DNA of 40,849 bases from a bacterium (lineage in GTDB: Bacteria; Ratteibacteria; UBA8468), in NCBI GenBank assembly GCA_030672255.1, contig DAOVGU010000202.1, positions 1 through 40,849 of the forward strand. Direction: 5' to 3'. The position numbers and the translations under genes are program-made. This document shows positions 7,112 to 16,453 of the stretch, piece after piece. Under the pieces are notes generated by a model. That model was given only the letters and a program-made list of their open reading frames with translations. It was not told the origin of the DNA and searched no databases. Within the stretch, counting starts at the first letter, position 1. Every line of letters begins with the position of its first letter.

Positions 7112-7867
7112 ATGCTTATTGATGCTTTTATCCTCGGTATTATCCAGGGAATTGCCGAATGGCTTCCCGTAAGTAGTTCTGGCCATCTTGTCCTCGCCCA
7201 GCAGTTTTTCAAACTCGGAGGAGGCATATCCTTTGATGTTTTTCTTCATTTCTCGGCTCTAATTGTAGTTCTCATCTTCTTCCGCGATGATATTCTTAAG
7301 ATTGGAAAGGCATTTTTTACCCTGGATAAAGAGAGTTATGAGTTTAAACTTGCAATTTATATCGTCTCGGCTTCGATAGTGACAGCGATTTTTGGTTTTC
7401 TACTCAAAAGCAGGAAAGATCTTCTGAACAATCTCAGTGTCGTTGGGTTTTCTTTTCTCTTTACTTCAATCCTCCTCTTTTTCTCAAAGCGAGAAACTCA
7501 CAAAAAATTGAATTTCAAAAAAGCGATCTTTATCGGGTTCATGCAGGGATTAGCACTTCTTCCAGGGGTTTCAAGGTCCGGGAGCACCATCGCCGGAGCA
7601 AAGATTGTAGGGGTAAATGATAAAGATGCATTCAGGTTTTCATTTCTCATCGTAATTCCTGCTATTCTTGGGGCGATGATTATGGAATTGAGAGAGATTA
7701 AGCTCATCCAGCCTGAGTTTTTGATGGTGGGGTTTTTTACCTCCCTCATTATAAGTTTTTTCTCAATTACTCTCCTTAAAAAAATGGTAATCAAAAACAG
7801 GCTCCATTACTTCGGATACTACTGCTTTTTCTTATCTATTCTCACCTTTTGCCTGAAGACTCTTTAG
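7112..7867 (+). CDS. uppP: undecaprenyl-diphosphate phosphatase
   Basis: ILGIIQGIAEWLPVSSSGHL and GVSRSGSTI are the UppP/BacA signature motifs. The protein is polytopic. The ATG at 7112 lies just inside the TTG of the ORF track. Confidence 0.9.
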   Translation: MLIDAFILGIIQGIAEWLPVSSSGHLVLAQQFFKLGGGISFDVFLHFSALIVVLIFFRDDILKIGKAFFTLDKESYEFKLAIYIVSASIVTAIFGFLLKSRKDLLNNLSVVGFSFLFTSILLFFSKRETHKKLNFKKAIFIGFMQGLALLPGVSRSGSTIAGAKIVGVNDKDAFRFSFLIVIPAILGAMIMELREIKLIQPEFLMVGFFTSLIISFFSITLLKKMVIKNRLHYFGYYCFFLSILTFCLKTL

Positions 7868-7922
7868 AAGCCTGACCTCTGAACCTTTGACTTCCCCTTT
7901 TCTTTCTGCTAATCTATTCTTA

Positions 7923-9164
7923 ATGAGGCGAAAATTTACGAAGGCCTTCTTAGAACTTTTATTAACTTCTCTATTCATTTTCTCCCTGGCTCAAGCAGAA
8001 GAAAATTCTATCTATGAAAGCATTCCCAACCAAATCCTGATCTATCAAGGAAATCTTGTCTATGCTACAGATATCATCTCCCACCTTCCTGATGAGCCAA
8101 GAGTGCTTCTGCCTAAAAGCGCGATAGCGGAGTCAATAGAGATCCTCGATAATGAAAGGATAAAGGAGTTCCAACTAAGTAGTTCCTCGGGCCGTTATTT
8201 GCTTACCTGGGAGAGAAAGGGGAAAGGCAAGGTAAAGTTAAGTTACCTTTTAACCGCTATCTCCTGGCATCCCTTATATACCCTAAATATTCTCTCTGCG
8301 AAGCAAGGCAGAATTCGTTATCAAGTTATCATTGATAATAAGCTAACTCCCTTAGAAGCAATGGTAACGCTTGTCTTTGGCAGAGCGAAAAGGGGTTTAC
8401 AAAGCTTTAAACTTCCTTTTCTAAAAGAGGAAAAACTGAAGGAGGAGCAGGTTTATTCCTCCTCACTTTCCCCTTTCTATCTTTATAATCTTGGCCAGAA
8501 GGGGTTAAAGGAAGGAAGAAATTGTTTTGTCATTTTAGAGGAAGCTCTCGAATTAAAAAAGGGTTTTGTTTGGTCTGCCAATGAAAGGGAGGCAAAGATT
8601 GTTTATATCTTAAAGAATTCTACCCAGCAGCCTTTTGCCAGTGGCATAATTGAACTCTATAAAGATGGGCTATATCTCGGGATGAACCGCATCAAAGAGG
8701 TTCCGATTGGTGAGGAAGTTAGGATAGTTGTTTCTGCGGCTGGTAATATCCGGGTGAAAAAAACGGTTAATACTACCGAGACATCAGAACATGAATTAAT
8801 TCGTATCGCCGAAGCCAAAAAACCTACAAAAAGGATTGTTGGTCATGGGGTAATTAGCACTCCTCGGGCGCCTATTGGAGTGGTAAGGAAAACCCATAAA
8901 TATCGTCATCGGGTAGAATTGCATATAAAAAATCTCGCTGAAGAGGATTTGGAGATAGATATATTCGAAAAAGCCAGAGCCAATTACCTTGATCTAGAAT
9001 TTTTCCTCAATCCAACCCGGATTGATGTAGCCGACTTCATCTGGAAGATATTCCTTAGGCCCGGAGAATCCCGGATGATAGGCTATACCTTCTATTCCGG
9101 CTCTATTTTTACCGGAGAAAGAGAAACCCGTCCTTATTTTCCCCAACTAAAACCAAAGCAGTAG
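7923..9164 (+). CDS. secreted hypothetical protein, possibly DUF4139-type
   Basis: A signal-peptide-like N-terminus (LLLTSLFIFSLAQA) follows the ATG at 7923. LSYLLTAISWHPLYTLNI resembles the DUF4139 core motif. The assignment is tentative. Confidence 0.45.
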   Translation: MRRKFTKAFLELLLTSLFIFSLAQAEENSIYESIPNQILIYQGNLVYATDIISHLPDEPRVLLPKSAIAESIEILDNERIKEFQLSSSSGRYLLTWERKGKGKVKLSYLLTAISWHPLYTLNILSAKQGRIRYQVIIDNKLTPLEAMVTLVFGRAKRGLQSFKLPFLKEEKLKEEQVYSSSLSPFYLYNLGQKGLKEGRNCFVILEEALELKKGFVWSANEREAKIVYILKNSTQQPFASGIIELYKDGLYLGMNRIKEVPIGEEVRIVVSAAGNIRVKKTVNTTETSEHELIRIAEAKKPTKRIVGHGVISTPRAPIGVVRKTHKYRHRVELHIKNLAEEDLEIDIFEKARANYLDLEFFLNPTRIDVADFIWKIFLRPGESRMIGYTFYSGSIFTGERETRPYFPQLKPKQ

Positions 9165-9228
9165 CGAGCAGAAACCTCTCCATTTTTTATCTTTACAAGG
9201 AAGGCTTAAGTATGGTAATGTTTTCTCT

Positions 9229-10770
9229 GTGGAAAGTCATAAAAATATCGCGAAAGCGGCCGGAATTATTGCTTTAGCCACCATTTGCTGCCGGATTGCA
9301 GGGTTGGGCCGAGAGGTAGTAACGGCAAACTTCTTCGGCACCGCTCTTGTCTATGATGCCTTCCTGATTGCCTTTATGATTCCTAACTTTTTCCGTCGGC
9401 TCTTTGCCGAAGGGGCACTTTCCACCGCCTTTATTCCGGTTTTTACCGGATATGTAACGACCGAAAAAAAAGAAGAGGCAGAAAAGGTAGCCTCTATCGG
9501 TTTTACCCTTTCTCTGGTGGCGACCTCATCCCTGGTAATTCTCTCAATTTTTGGAATTTTTATCTTCTCCCATTTTTTTCATTTCTCCTCCAAGGTTGCT
9601 CTGGTCTTAAACTTACTTAAAATTACTCTGCCTTATCTCATCCTGATTTCCTTAGCCGCGATTGCTATGGGAATCCTGAATTCCTATCAGCATTTTACCA
9701 CTCCCGCATTCGCTCCGATAATGCTTGATATCTGCTGGATCGGGGCTATCTTCCTTCTCTGCCCTTTATTTGGAGAAAGTATCGAGAGAAGAATCTTTGG
9801 ATTAGCAATTGGGGTGCTTATTGGAGGTTTAGGTCAATTCTGGATTCAGTTGCCAATGCTGAAAAAAAGGAAACTGAAAATTCGCTTTAACCTTAATTTC
9901 CGCCATCCGGCGATTAAGCGGATGGCAATTCTTCTTGCTCCCTCCGTTATTGGGGTTGCGGTGACCCCGATTAATATTTTAGTGGATGCTCTCTTAGCGA
10001 TAAGGCTTGGTTCGGGGATGGTTTCTTCTCTCTGGTATGCTAATAGATTAATGCAACTTCCTCTGGGTATCTTTGGGGTGGCAATGGCTACCGCAACTCT
10101 GCCAACATTATCCACTTACTTTGCTCAAGGAGAATTCAAAAAATTAAAGGAAACCTTATCCTTTGCTCTGCGCAATGTTCTCTTTGTCATCATCCCTTCC
10201 AGTATTGGTTTGATTTTGCTCAGAAGACCGATCATTTCCCTTCTCTTTCAGCGTGGGCTCTTTACGGCCACCTCAACCGAAAATACTGCCTTTGCTTTGC
10301 TCTTTTATTCTATTGGTCTTTTTGCCTATGCCGCCTCAATCATTGTGGTCAGGGGCTTCTACAGTATCCAGGATACTAAAACACCGGTGAAGGTGGGTCT
10401 TCTCTCTATTCTTGCCAATATTATCTTAGACCTTATTTTAATGGGACCCTTAAGGCAGGGTGGAATTGCCCTCTCTACCAGTTTTGTGGGCATTATCAAC
10501 TTTGTGGTTTTATCCTTTATTTTGGCAAAAAGGCTAAAAGGATTGGATGGCAGAAAAATTCTTTCCTCTTCTCTAACAACTCTCCTCGTCTCGGGATTAA
10601 TGGGGGTTCTGGTCTGGAACTCCTTACTCTTTTGTCAGGGGGCAAAAATTTTAATTTTGCGTAGTAGATTTGCTTTAGTATTTATTCCTGCTATAATAGG
10701 TATTGTATTTTATCTTCTTTTCTCCCATCTTTTGGGAAGGGAGGAGATGAGGTCATTGCGAACGAAGTGA
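9229..10770 (+). CDS. murJ: lipid II flippase MurJ (MviN family)
   Basis: The N-terminus IAKAAGIIALATICCRIAGLGREVVTANFFGT...DAFLIAFMIPNFFRRLFAEGALSTAFIPVF is typical of MurJ, with about 14 TM segments. It has a GTG start. The last codons (RSLRTK*) lie inside a repeat element. Confidence 0.9.
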   Translation: MESHKNIAKAAGIIALATICCRIAGLGREVVTANFFGTALVYDAFLIAFMIPNFFRRLFAEGALSTAFIPVFTGYVTTEKKEEAEKVASIGFTLSLVATSSLVILSIFGIFIFSHFFHFSSKVALVLNLLKITLPYLILISLAAIAMGILNSYQHFTTPAFAPIMLDICWIGAIFLLCPLFGESIERRIFGLAIGVLIGGLGQFWIQLPMLKKRKLKIRFNLNFRHPAIKRMAILLAPSVIGVAVTPINILVDALLAIRLGSGMVSSLWYANRLMQLPLGIFGVAMATATLPTLSTYFAQGEFKKLKETLSFALRNVLFVIIPSSIGLILLRRPIISLLFQRGLFTATSTENTAFALLFYSIGLFAYAASIIVVRGFYSIQDTKTPVKVGLLSILANIILDLILMGPLRQGGIALSTSFVGIINFVVLSFILAKRLKGLDGRKILSSSLTTLLVSGLMGVLVWNSLLFCQGAKILILRSRFALVFIPAIIGIVFYLLFSHLLGREEMRSLRTK

Positions 10771-10933
10771 AGCCGAAGTTGCGAGCGAGGTCCCTCGCTG
10801 GTCATTGCGAAGGACAAAGTCCTGAAGCAATCTCGCTCGGGATAAACTCCGCAAACTCATTGAGATTGCCACGTCGCTGACGCTCCTCGCAACGACTGCG
10901 TCGGATTGCCACGACCTTTGGTCTCGCAATGAC
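10752..10933. repeat. composite palindromic repeat of the gtcattgcga / tcgcaatgac family
   Basis: gtcattgcga occurs at 10752 and 10801, and its inverted partner tcgcaatgac at 10924. Internal pairs are gaagcaatctc/gagattgcc and attgccacg x2. The same family occurs at 37736-37817. Confidence 0.8.
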
Positions 10934-10953
10934 TTTGTCGGTTGGAGTAGAAA

Positions 10954-11583
10954 ATGAATCCTATATTTCTGATAACCCTTTTGGTTGTTTTATTCTTCTC
11001 AATCATCATCCATGAGAACGCTCACGGGTATGCGGCTTTGCTCTGTGGGGATGATACGGCAAAAATAATGGGAAGATTAACCCTAAATCCCTTGTCCCAT
11101 ATTGACCCCCTAGGGACAATATTTCTGCCCATATTTATGCTGCTTCTTTCTGGAGGTAGGTTTGCCTTTGGCTGGGCAAAGCCGGTTCCCATTAACCCTT
11201 ATAACTTCCGGGACTATAAAAGAGGGATACTCTTTACTGGAGCCGCTGGACCTCTAAGCAACATCGGTCTTGCTTTTTGTTTTGCTCTTGTCTTTCGCCT
11301 TTTCCCTGGGGGGACAAGGTCGCCTTTTGGCCTTCTCTTAGCTTATGGCTGCCTGCTTAATTTACTTTTAGCCATCTTTAACCTTATCCCCATTCCTCCC
11401 CTTGATGGCTCAAGGATACTCAGCGGACTTTTGCCGCCACATCTGGACGCTTCCTACCGGCGGTTGGAGCCATTTGGGATTTTCATCGTAATGTTTCTCT
11501 TTATCTCCGGACTTTTCAGTGTTATCTGGAGGATTGTAGAGGTTTTAGGTGCAATTCTATTGGGAACAACGATAAGTATTTAA
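10954..11583 (+). CDS. site-2 protease family (M50) membrane metalloprotease
   Basis: HENAHG (HExxH) lies in TM1 and NLIPIPPLDGSR is the second metal-ligand motif. Confidence 0.85.
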   Translation: MNPIFLITLLVVLFFSIIIHENAHGYAALLCGDDTAKIMGRLTLNPLSHIDPLGTIFLPIFMLLLSGGRFAFGWAKPVPINPYNFRDYKRGILFTGAAGPLSNIGLAFCFALVFRLFPGGTRSPFGLLLAYGCLLNLLLAIFNLIPIPPLDGSRILSGLLPPHLDASYRRLEPFGIFIVMFLFISGLFSVIWRIVEVLGAILLGTTISI

Positions 11584-11597
11584 GAGGAGAAGAAAAA

Positions 11598-11906
11598 ATG
11601 GTAGAAGAGAAAATTTCACAAGCGGAGCTACAGTTTATTCAGTTCGTCTCGATGCTTTCCAACTCGGCGATGCAGCATCTTGGTAAATTCACCAATCCCC
11701 TAACAGGAAAGATTGAAAAGAGCCTTGAGGCCGCCCGAGCAACGATTGACCTTCTTTCGATGCTCAAGGAAAAGACGAAAGGAAATCTGACAAAGAGAGA
11801 GGAGGAAACGCTTACCAGCTCTTTAGCAAACCTACAGTTAAATTATGCCGATGAGGTAAAGAGAGAAGAAAGCAAAAAGGATGAGAAGGCAAAGAAAGAG
11901 AATTAA
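11598..11906 (+). CDS. DUF1844 domain protein
   Basis: FVSMLSNSAMQHLG..NPLTGK...LEAARATIDLLSMLKEKTKGNLT matches the DUF1844 pattern. It has a GAGGAG RBS. Confidence 0.6.
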   Translation: MVEEKISQAELQFIQFVSMLSNSAMQHLGKFTNPLTGKIEKSLEAARATIDLLSMLKEKTKGNLTKREEETLTSSLANLQLNYADEVKREESKKDEKAKKEN

Positions 11907-11940
11907 GGCACTACTTATTACCATATAGGGAGTTGACATT

Positions 11941-12904
11941 ATGAGGAAACGGTTGGGAATTGGTGTAGTTGGTTGCGGTAGGATTTCTGAGTTCCATATA
12001 GCGGCAATTAACAAGATTGAAGATGTTGTTCTTGTTGCGGTAGCTGATATTGATGAAAAACGGGCCAAAGAAACAACTAAAAATATGCTGCCAAAAAATG
12101 CTATTTAGCAGGTTCTGAGCTCTTTCAAGATTCAGAAATAGATGCTGTAGTTTTATGTTTACCTCATTATTTGCATTGTCCAATAACTCTTGAGGCTGCT
12201 CAATATGGTAAGCATATTCTGGTTGAGAAGCCATTAGCATTAACAGTGAAAGATGCTGACAGGATGATTCAAGCAGCAGAGAACAAGACTGTTATTCTTA
12301 ATGATAGGTCAGGTCCAACGATTCTTTCGACAATATACCAGAGTAAAAAATTATATTCAATCTGGAAAACTTGGCCAACCACTCCAGGTTGTTGAAAAAA
12401 GGTTATTAAAGATAGAAACCCCTCCAACTCCCTGGTGGAAGTCATCCAAGAAAACCGGGGGGCTTCTTCTTCCTTTGAATGGAAGCCATTCCATAGACCT
12501 TTTCCTTTCCCTATTTAATACAAGACCGGTTCGGGTTTACTGTGAGACTCAGCATAATAATTTAGAGTGGGAAGGGGAAGACGAATTTTCTCTACAGATG
12601 AAATTGAAAAATGGAGCGATAGTAACTCTGCATCATTCATTCAATTCCTCTGAAGATATTAATGAAGTGATGATTGTTGGCTCTGAAAGTAATATTCATT
12701 TTAATGGAATAGTCCGATTTTTATATTAATGGTAAAGCAATAATGGATTTTGAACCAGCATTTGAAGCTCAAATGAGAGAATTCATTTCAGCAATAAATG
12801 AAAAAAGGGAACCTATTGTCACTGCAAAAGATACCAGAGATACAATAAGAGTTCTGGAAGCAGCAAGAATTTCAGCAGAGAAACATATGGTCATTAATCT
12901 TTAA
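11941..12904 (+). pseudogene. Gfo/Idh/MocA-family oxidoreductase, interrupted by at least three frameshifts
   Basis: MRKRLGIGVVGCGRISEFHIAAI (Rossmann) stops at ~12107. It continues in other frames as DAVVLCLPHYLHCPITLEAAQYGKHILVEKPLA, then IGQVQRFF...GKLGQPL, then INGKAIMDFEPAFEAQMREFISAI...VLEAARISAEKHMVINL*. Confidence 0.8.
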
Positions 12905-12917
12905 GTATGGAGGCACT

Positions 12918-13746
12918 ATGAAGAAAAGTCTTTGTGCTTTTCCAGCAGATATGGGTATTAAAGAGAGATTAATTTTAGCCAAAAAAGCGGGGTTTGATGC
13001 TATCGAGATTGAGTTGACTGAAAAAGGAGAAGTGAATTTAAGCTCATCAGAAAAAGAGATAAATCGTATTAAAGAAATCGTCAGGGAAACAGAAATGGAA
13101 TTGAGTAGTTTATCCACTTCCCTTCTCTGGAGATATCCTTTAACAAGTAGTGATAGGTCAAAAAGAGAAAAGGGAGAGGAAATTGTAAAGAAGATGTTAC
13201 GGATTGCCTCTCAACTAAAAATAGATACTATCCTTGTAGTTCCTGGGGCAGTGGATGTTTGGTCTGACCCAACGGCTGAAATAGTTCCCTATGATGTAGC
13301 ATATGAAAGGTCTCAAGAAGCAATCTGAATTAAGTAAAATCGCCGAACAATATCAAGTAAATATCGGAATTGAGAATGTCTGGAATAAATTCTTGCTGAG
13401 TCCATTAGAAATGAGGGATTTTATTGATAAAATTGGTAGCAAGTATCTTGGTTCATTTTTTGATGTAGGCAATATATTGGCTTTTGGCTATCCTGAGCAT
13501 TGGATAAGAATTTTAGGAAAAAGAATTAAGAAAGTTCACATAAAGGATTTTAGAAAGGATATTGGAAATGTAACCGGATTTACTTCTTTGTTAGAGGGAG
13601 ATGTCAATTGGCCAGCAGTGATGCAGGCACTCAAGGAGATAGGCTATAACGATTTTATAATCGCAGAGTTATCTCCTTACAAGTTTTATCCCGAACAGTT
13701 AGTAGAAAATACTTCAAAAGCGATGGATAAAATTATGGGAAAGTGA
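12918..13746 (+). pseudogene. sugar phosphate isomerase/epimerase (xylose-isomerase-like TIM barrel), single frameshift near 13320
   Basis: AKKAGFDAIEIEL ... VVPGAV ... in frame 1. After the shift it reads ELSKIAEQYQVNIGIENVWN...FFDVGN...HIKDF. The two ORFs (136 + 147 aa) together make one normal-length protein. Confidence 0.75.
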
Positions 13747-13748
13747 TA

Positions 13749-14756
13749 ATGAAATCTTGGATTTTAAAAAAACCTTATGAACTGGAATTGATTGAGATAC
13801 CAAAGCCTGTCCCAAAAAAGGACGAGGTTTTAGTGCGGATGCGATACATTGGATTATGTGGTTCAGATATTGAAATCTACCGAGGGAAGCGAGACCCGGA
13901 GTTCCTTGCCAATCCTGTTCGTTTAGGGCATGAAGCATCGGGAGTTGTTGAAGAAGTTGGTCCAGAAGTGCAGGGTTTAAAGACCGGAAACAAAGTTGCA
14001 GTAAGAGGTATTTGGGGATGTTTCTCGGAATATATTTCCGCTTCCCAGGTGAGTGCTTTTAGTGTTTCCTCAATGCCGGCATTACAAATTGTAAAATTAC
14101 CGGATACTTTTCCCGAAGCGATTGGTCCCTTTGTTGAAGTTTTACCAAAAATTATTCGCACCGGCGAGAAAATAGGAATTACCCAACAAACTGATGTAGT
14201 AATTGTTGGCCAGGGGGTATGCGGTCTATTATTAACTCAGGTGGTTAAAATGCAAAATCCTCATCGCTTGGTTACTCTTGACCTTTATGATGAAAAATTA
14301 GGGTTAAGTAAAGATTATGGCGCAACAGATACACTTAATGCCTCTTCTGAAAATCTTAATGATTTAGTTCGCTCTGTATTACCGGATGGAGCGGATATTA
14401 TTATTGTTGCTCATTTAGAGGGAGAAGGAGTTGCAGAAGCTATAGAATTTCTAAAATGGAATGGAAAACTTATCCTCTGGGGATGTTTAGGAAAAACAGA
14501 AATTGATTTCTTCCGGCTGCACATCAGGGGTGGAGATATCTTGGGAACAAGAATGGCTGATTTAGAAGAAGATATTTATTACTGTCAAAAAACGATTAAA
14601 TATTTAGAAGATGGAATTATTGATGTAAAGAAAATGATTACCCATCAGTTCAAGTTTGATGTTACTCCAGAGGCTTTTGAATTGAAGGATAAAGGGAAAG
14701 GAGATGTAATTGCCGTAGAAGTAATTTCAACTGACGGCAAAAAGGTATACCCCTGA
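13749..14756 (+). CDS. zinc-dependent MDR alcohol/polyol dehydrogenase
   Basis: GLCGSDIEIYRG, GHEASGVVEEVG and VVIVGQGVCG are the MDR motifs. Confidence 0.85.
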   Translation: MKSWILKKPYELELIEIPKPVPKKDEVLVRMRYIGLCGSDIEIYRGKRDPEFLANPVRLGHEASGVVEEVGPEVQGLKTGNKVAVRGIWGCFSEYISASQVSAFSVSSMPALQIVKLPDTFPEAIGPFVEVLPKIIRTGEKIGITQQTDVVIVGQGVCGLLLTQVVKMQNPHRLVTLDLYDEKLGLSKDYGATDTLNASSENLNDLVRSVLPDGADIIIVAHLEGEGVAEAIEFLKWNGKLILWGCLGKTEIDFFRLHIRGGDILGTRMADLEEDIYYCQKTIKYLEDGIIDVKKMITHQFKFDVTPEAFELKDKGKGDVIAVEVISTDGKKVYP

Positions 14757-14768
14757 TTTAATCAGGGG
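14750..14768 (+). other. hairpin overlapping the dehydrogenase stop codon
   Basis: cccctgat-tta-atcagggg. No T-tract follows. Confidence 0.3.
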
Positions 14769-14828
14769 GAAACGGTAGAGAAAGTGTCAAATTTACCAGG
14801 GGTTCAGAATCCCTGAAGGAGGATATAA

Positions 14829-16181
14829 ATGAGTAAGCGACCAAATATTGTCTTGATTGTCCTGGACACCTTGAGAGCCCAGAATATGAGTTGTTATGGA
14901 TATCCCTGTAACACGACTCCCGCGATGGATGAATATGCTAATAAGGGAGTTCTTTTTAATTATGCCTTTGCGAATGTTATTCCCACCCAACCTTCACATA
15001 CTGCAATACTCACCGGCACCAACCCTAATACCAACAACATTGTCTCTCATTTTCTTCTGAAGGACTGTTTGGGAGGTTGGAGAGAAATAGCTCCAAAGCT
15101 GACATTGGGAGTGAAACTTGTTTCTCAGTTGATGCAGGAGAAGGGTTATATGACCTGTGCGGTGGATAACCTGACAATGATGCGATCGTATTTCCGGAGA
15201 GGCTATGATAACTATCTTTACTCAAGCCTGGCGGAGGGTGTGGACAAACTCATTCGCGTCACTGCGGACGAAATCAACGCTAAACTTTTTCCATTATTGG
15301 AGGAGATAAAAGATAAGACATTCTTTTTGTTTGTTCACTACTGGGATCCACACGGACCTTACGTCCCTCCCAAGGAGTTCCAGAAGTTTATGAAGAGTAA
15401 AAAAGAGAAAGAGAAAATGGAAAGAGAGATGGTGGTTAGAGGAGTAAATCTTTCCTGGCAGGATTTTGTTCCTTCCGAATCCCCGGGTGAGGATAAAGAG
15501 ACAATGAGCAAATATGATGGCGAGGTTGCCTATGTAGATGACCGCCTTAGGCAGGTCTTTACCAAACTATGTCAACTGGGGCTGGAAAAAGAGACAATTG
15601 TTATCATAACTGCGGACCATGGTGAAGAGTTCGGCACCCATAACGTTAGAGGACACGCTGGACTTCACGACCAGCAGATTCGTATCCCTTTGATTCTTTA
15701 TGGACCAGGCTGTTTGCCTTCAGGGAAGAAGATTGATAACTTTGCTTCACATATAGATATTGTACCTACTATTTTAGACTATGCGGGTATAGAATTTAAA
15801 GAAGATTATCCTTTAAGCGGTACCAGCCTCAAGCCAATTATTGAAGGGAAACGCGAGGAGGCTGATGATATTATCTACTCTGTAGAATGCACGCAGCAGA
15901 AGACGCGGGCAATTAGAACAAAGAAGTGGAAATTCATCAAAGCAGTTGGCGATGAACCTCGCTCGGACCAACTCCCACCCAAGGAACTTTATGATTTGGC
16001 AAATGATCCGTTGGAGGAGAGAAATCTCATTGATGCGGAAATAGATATAGCCAGAAAATTAGAGGCAAAGATGGATGAGAGGATTAAAAAGGAGTGTCAA
16101 AGAGCGGGCAGAAAAGAAGATATTGCCTTGATTACTCCCATAGGAACACAGGTATGGAAGTATAGGGACAGAGATCTTTAG
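14829..16181 (+). CDS. sulfatase-like alkaline-phosphatase-superfamily hydrolase with a non-canonical nucleophile motif
   Basis: PNIVLIVLDTLRAQ...TTPAMDEYANKGVLF...ITADHGEEFG fits the sulfatase fold. The position of C/S-x-P-x-R reads T-Q-P-S-H. It has a GAAGGAGG RBS. Confidence 0.8.
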   Translation: MSKRPNIVLIVLDTLRAQNMSCYGYPCNTTPAMDEYANKGVLFNYAFANVIPTQPSHTAILTGTNPNTNNIVSHFLLKDCLGGWREIAPKLTLGVKLVSQLMQEKGYMTCAVDNLTMMRSYFRRGYDNYLYSSLAEGVDKLIRVTADEINAKLFPLLEEIKDKTFFLFVHYWDPHGPYVPPKEFQKFMKSKKEKEKMEREMVVRGVNLSWQDFVPSESPGEDKETMSKYDGEVAYVDDRLRQVFTKLCQLGLEKETIVIITADHGEEFGTHNVRGHAGLHDQQIRIPLILYGPGCLPSGKKIDNFASHIDIVPTILDYAGIEFKEDYPLSGTSLKPIIEGKREEADDIIYSVECTQQKTRAIRTKKWKFIKAVGDEPRSDQLPPKELYDLANDPLEERNLIDAEIDIARKLEAKMDERIKKECQRAGRKEDIALITPIGTQVWKYRDRDL

Positions 16182-16453
16182 AATTGAGAAAATATCTGCA
16201 ATTTGGCTTAATTTTCTTCTGAGGTAAGGAAGGAGAAAATAGCCAGAGATGAAAAAATAGAGGGATTTATTCTTGGAATGTGTAGAGAAAATTTAGGCGG
16301 AATAAAAGTGTTCTCAGTGAGAGAGAGCGAAGAGAGTGAAAACATAGGTATTCACCTTGTCGGTAGGCCCAGTCTATTTTTACTGGAAAACTGTGGGGGC
16401 AAAGATTCCCCGTTTGCTTTGGGAAATGGGCAAAGAGCTCAAAAAGCAATAAG

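Noticed and set aside
10752-10933. The repeat-rich intergenic regions (10752-10933 and 39014-39212) could be CRISPR arrays.
   Set aside because: There is no regular repeat-spacer periodicity. The units are nested inverted repeats and hairpins of different sequence, and no cas genes are present in the window.
11838-12240. Minus-strand ORFs 11838-12068 and 11911-12240.
   Set aside because: They lie opposite the clearly recognisable, though frameshifted, Gfo/Idh/MocA coding sequence. Their composition is typical of antisense read-through.
16182-16453. The 272-nt gap between the sulfatase-like gene and the next gene could hold a small RNA or riboswitch.
   Set aside because: I found no convincing stem-loops, conserved riboswitch cores, promoter/terminator pair or coding signal by eye. 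It would need covariance-model scanning.
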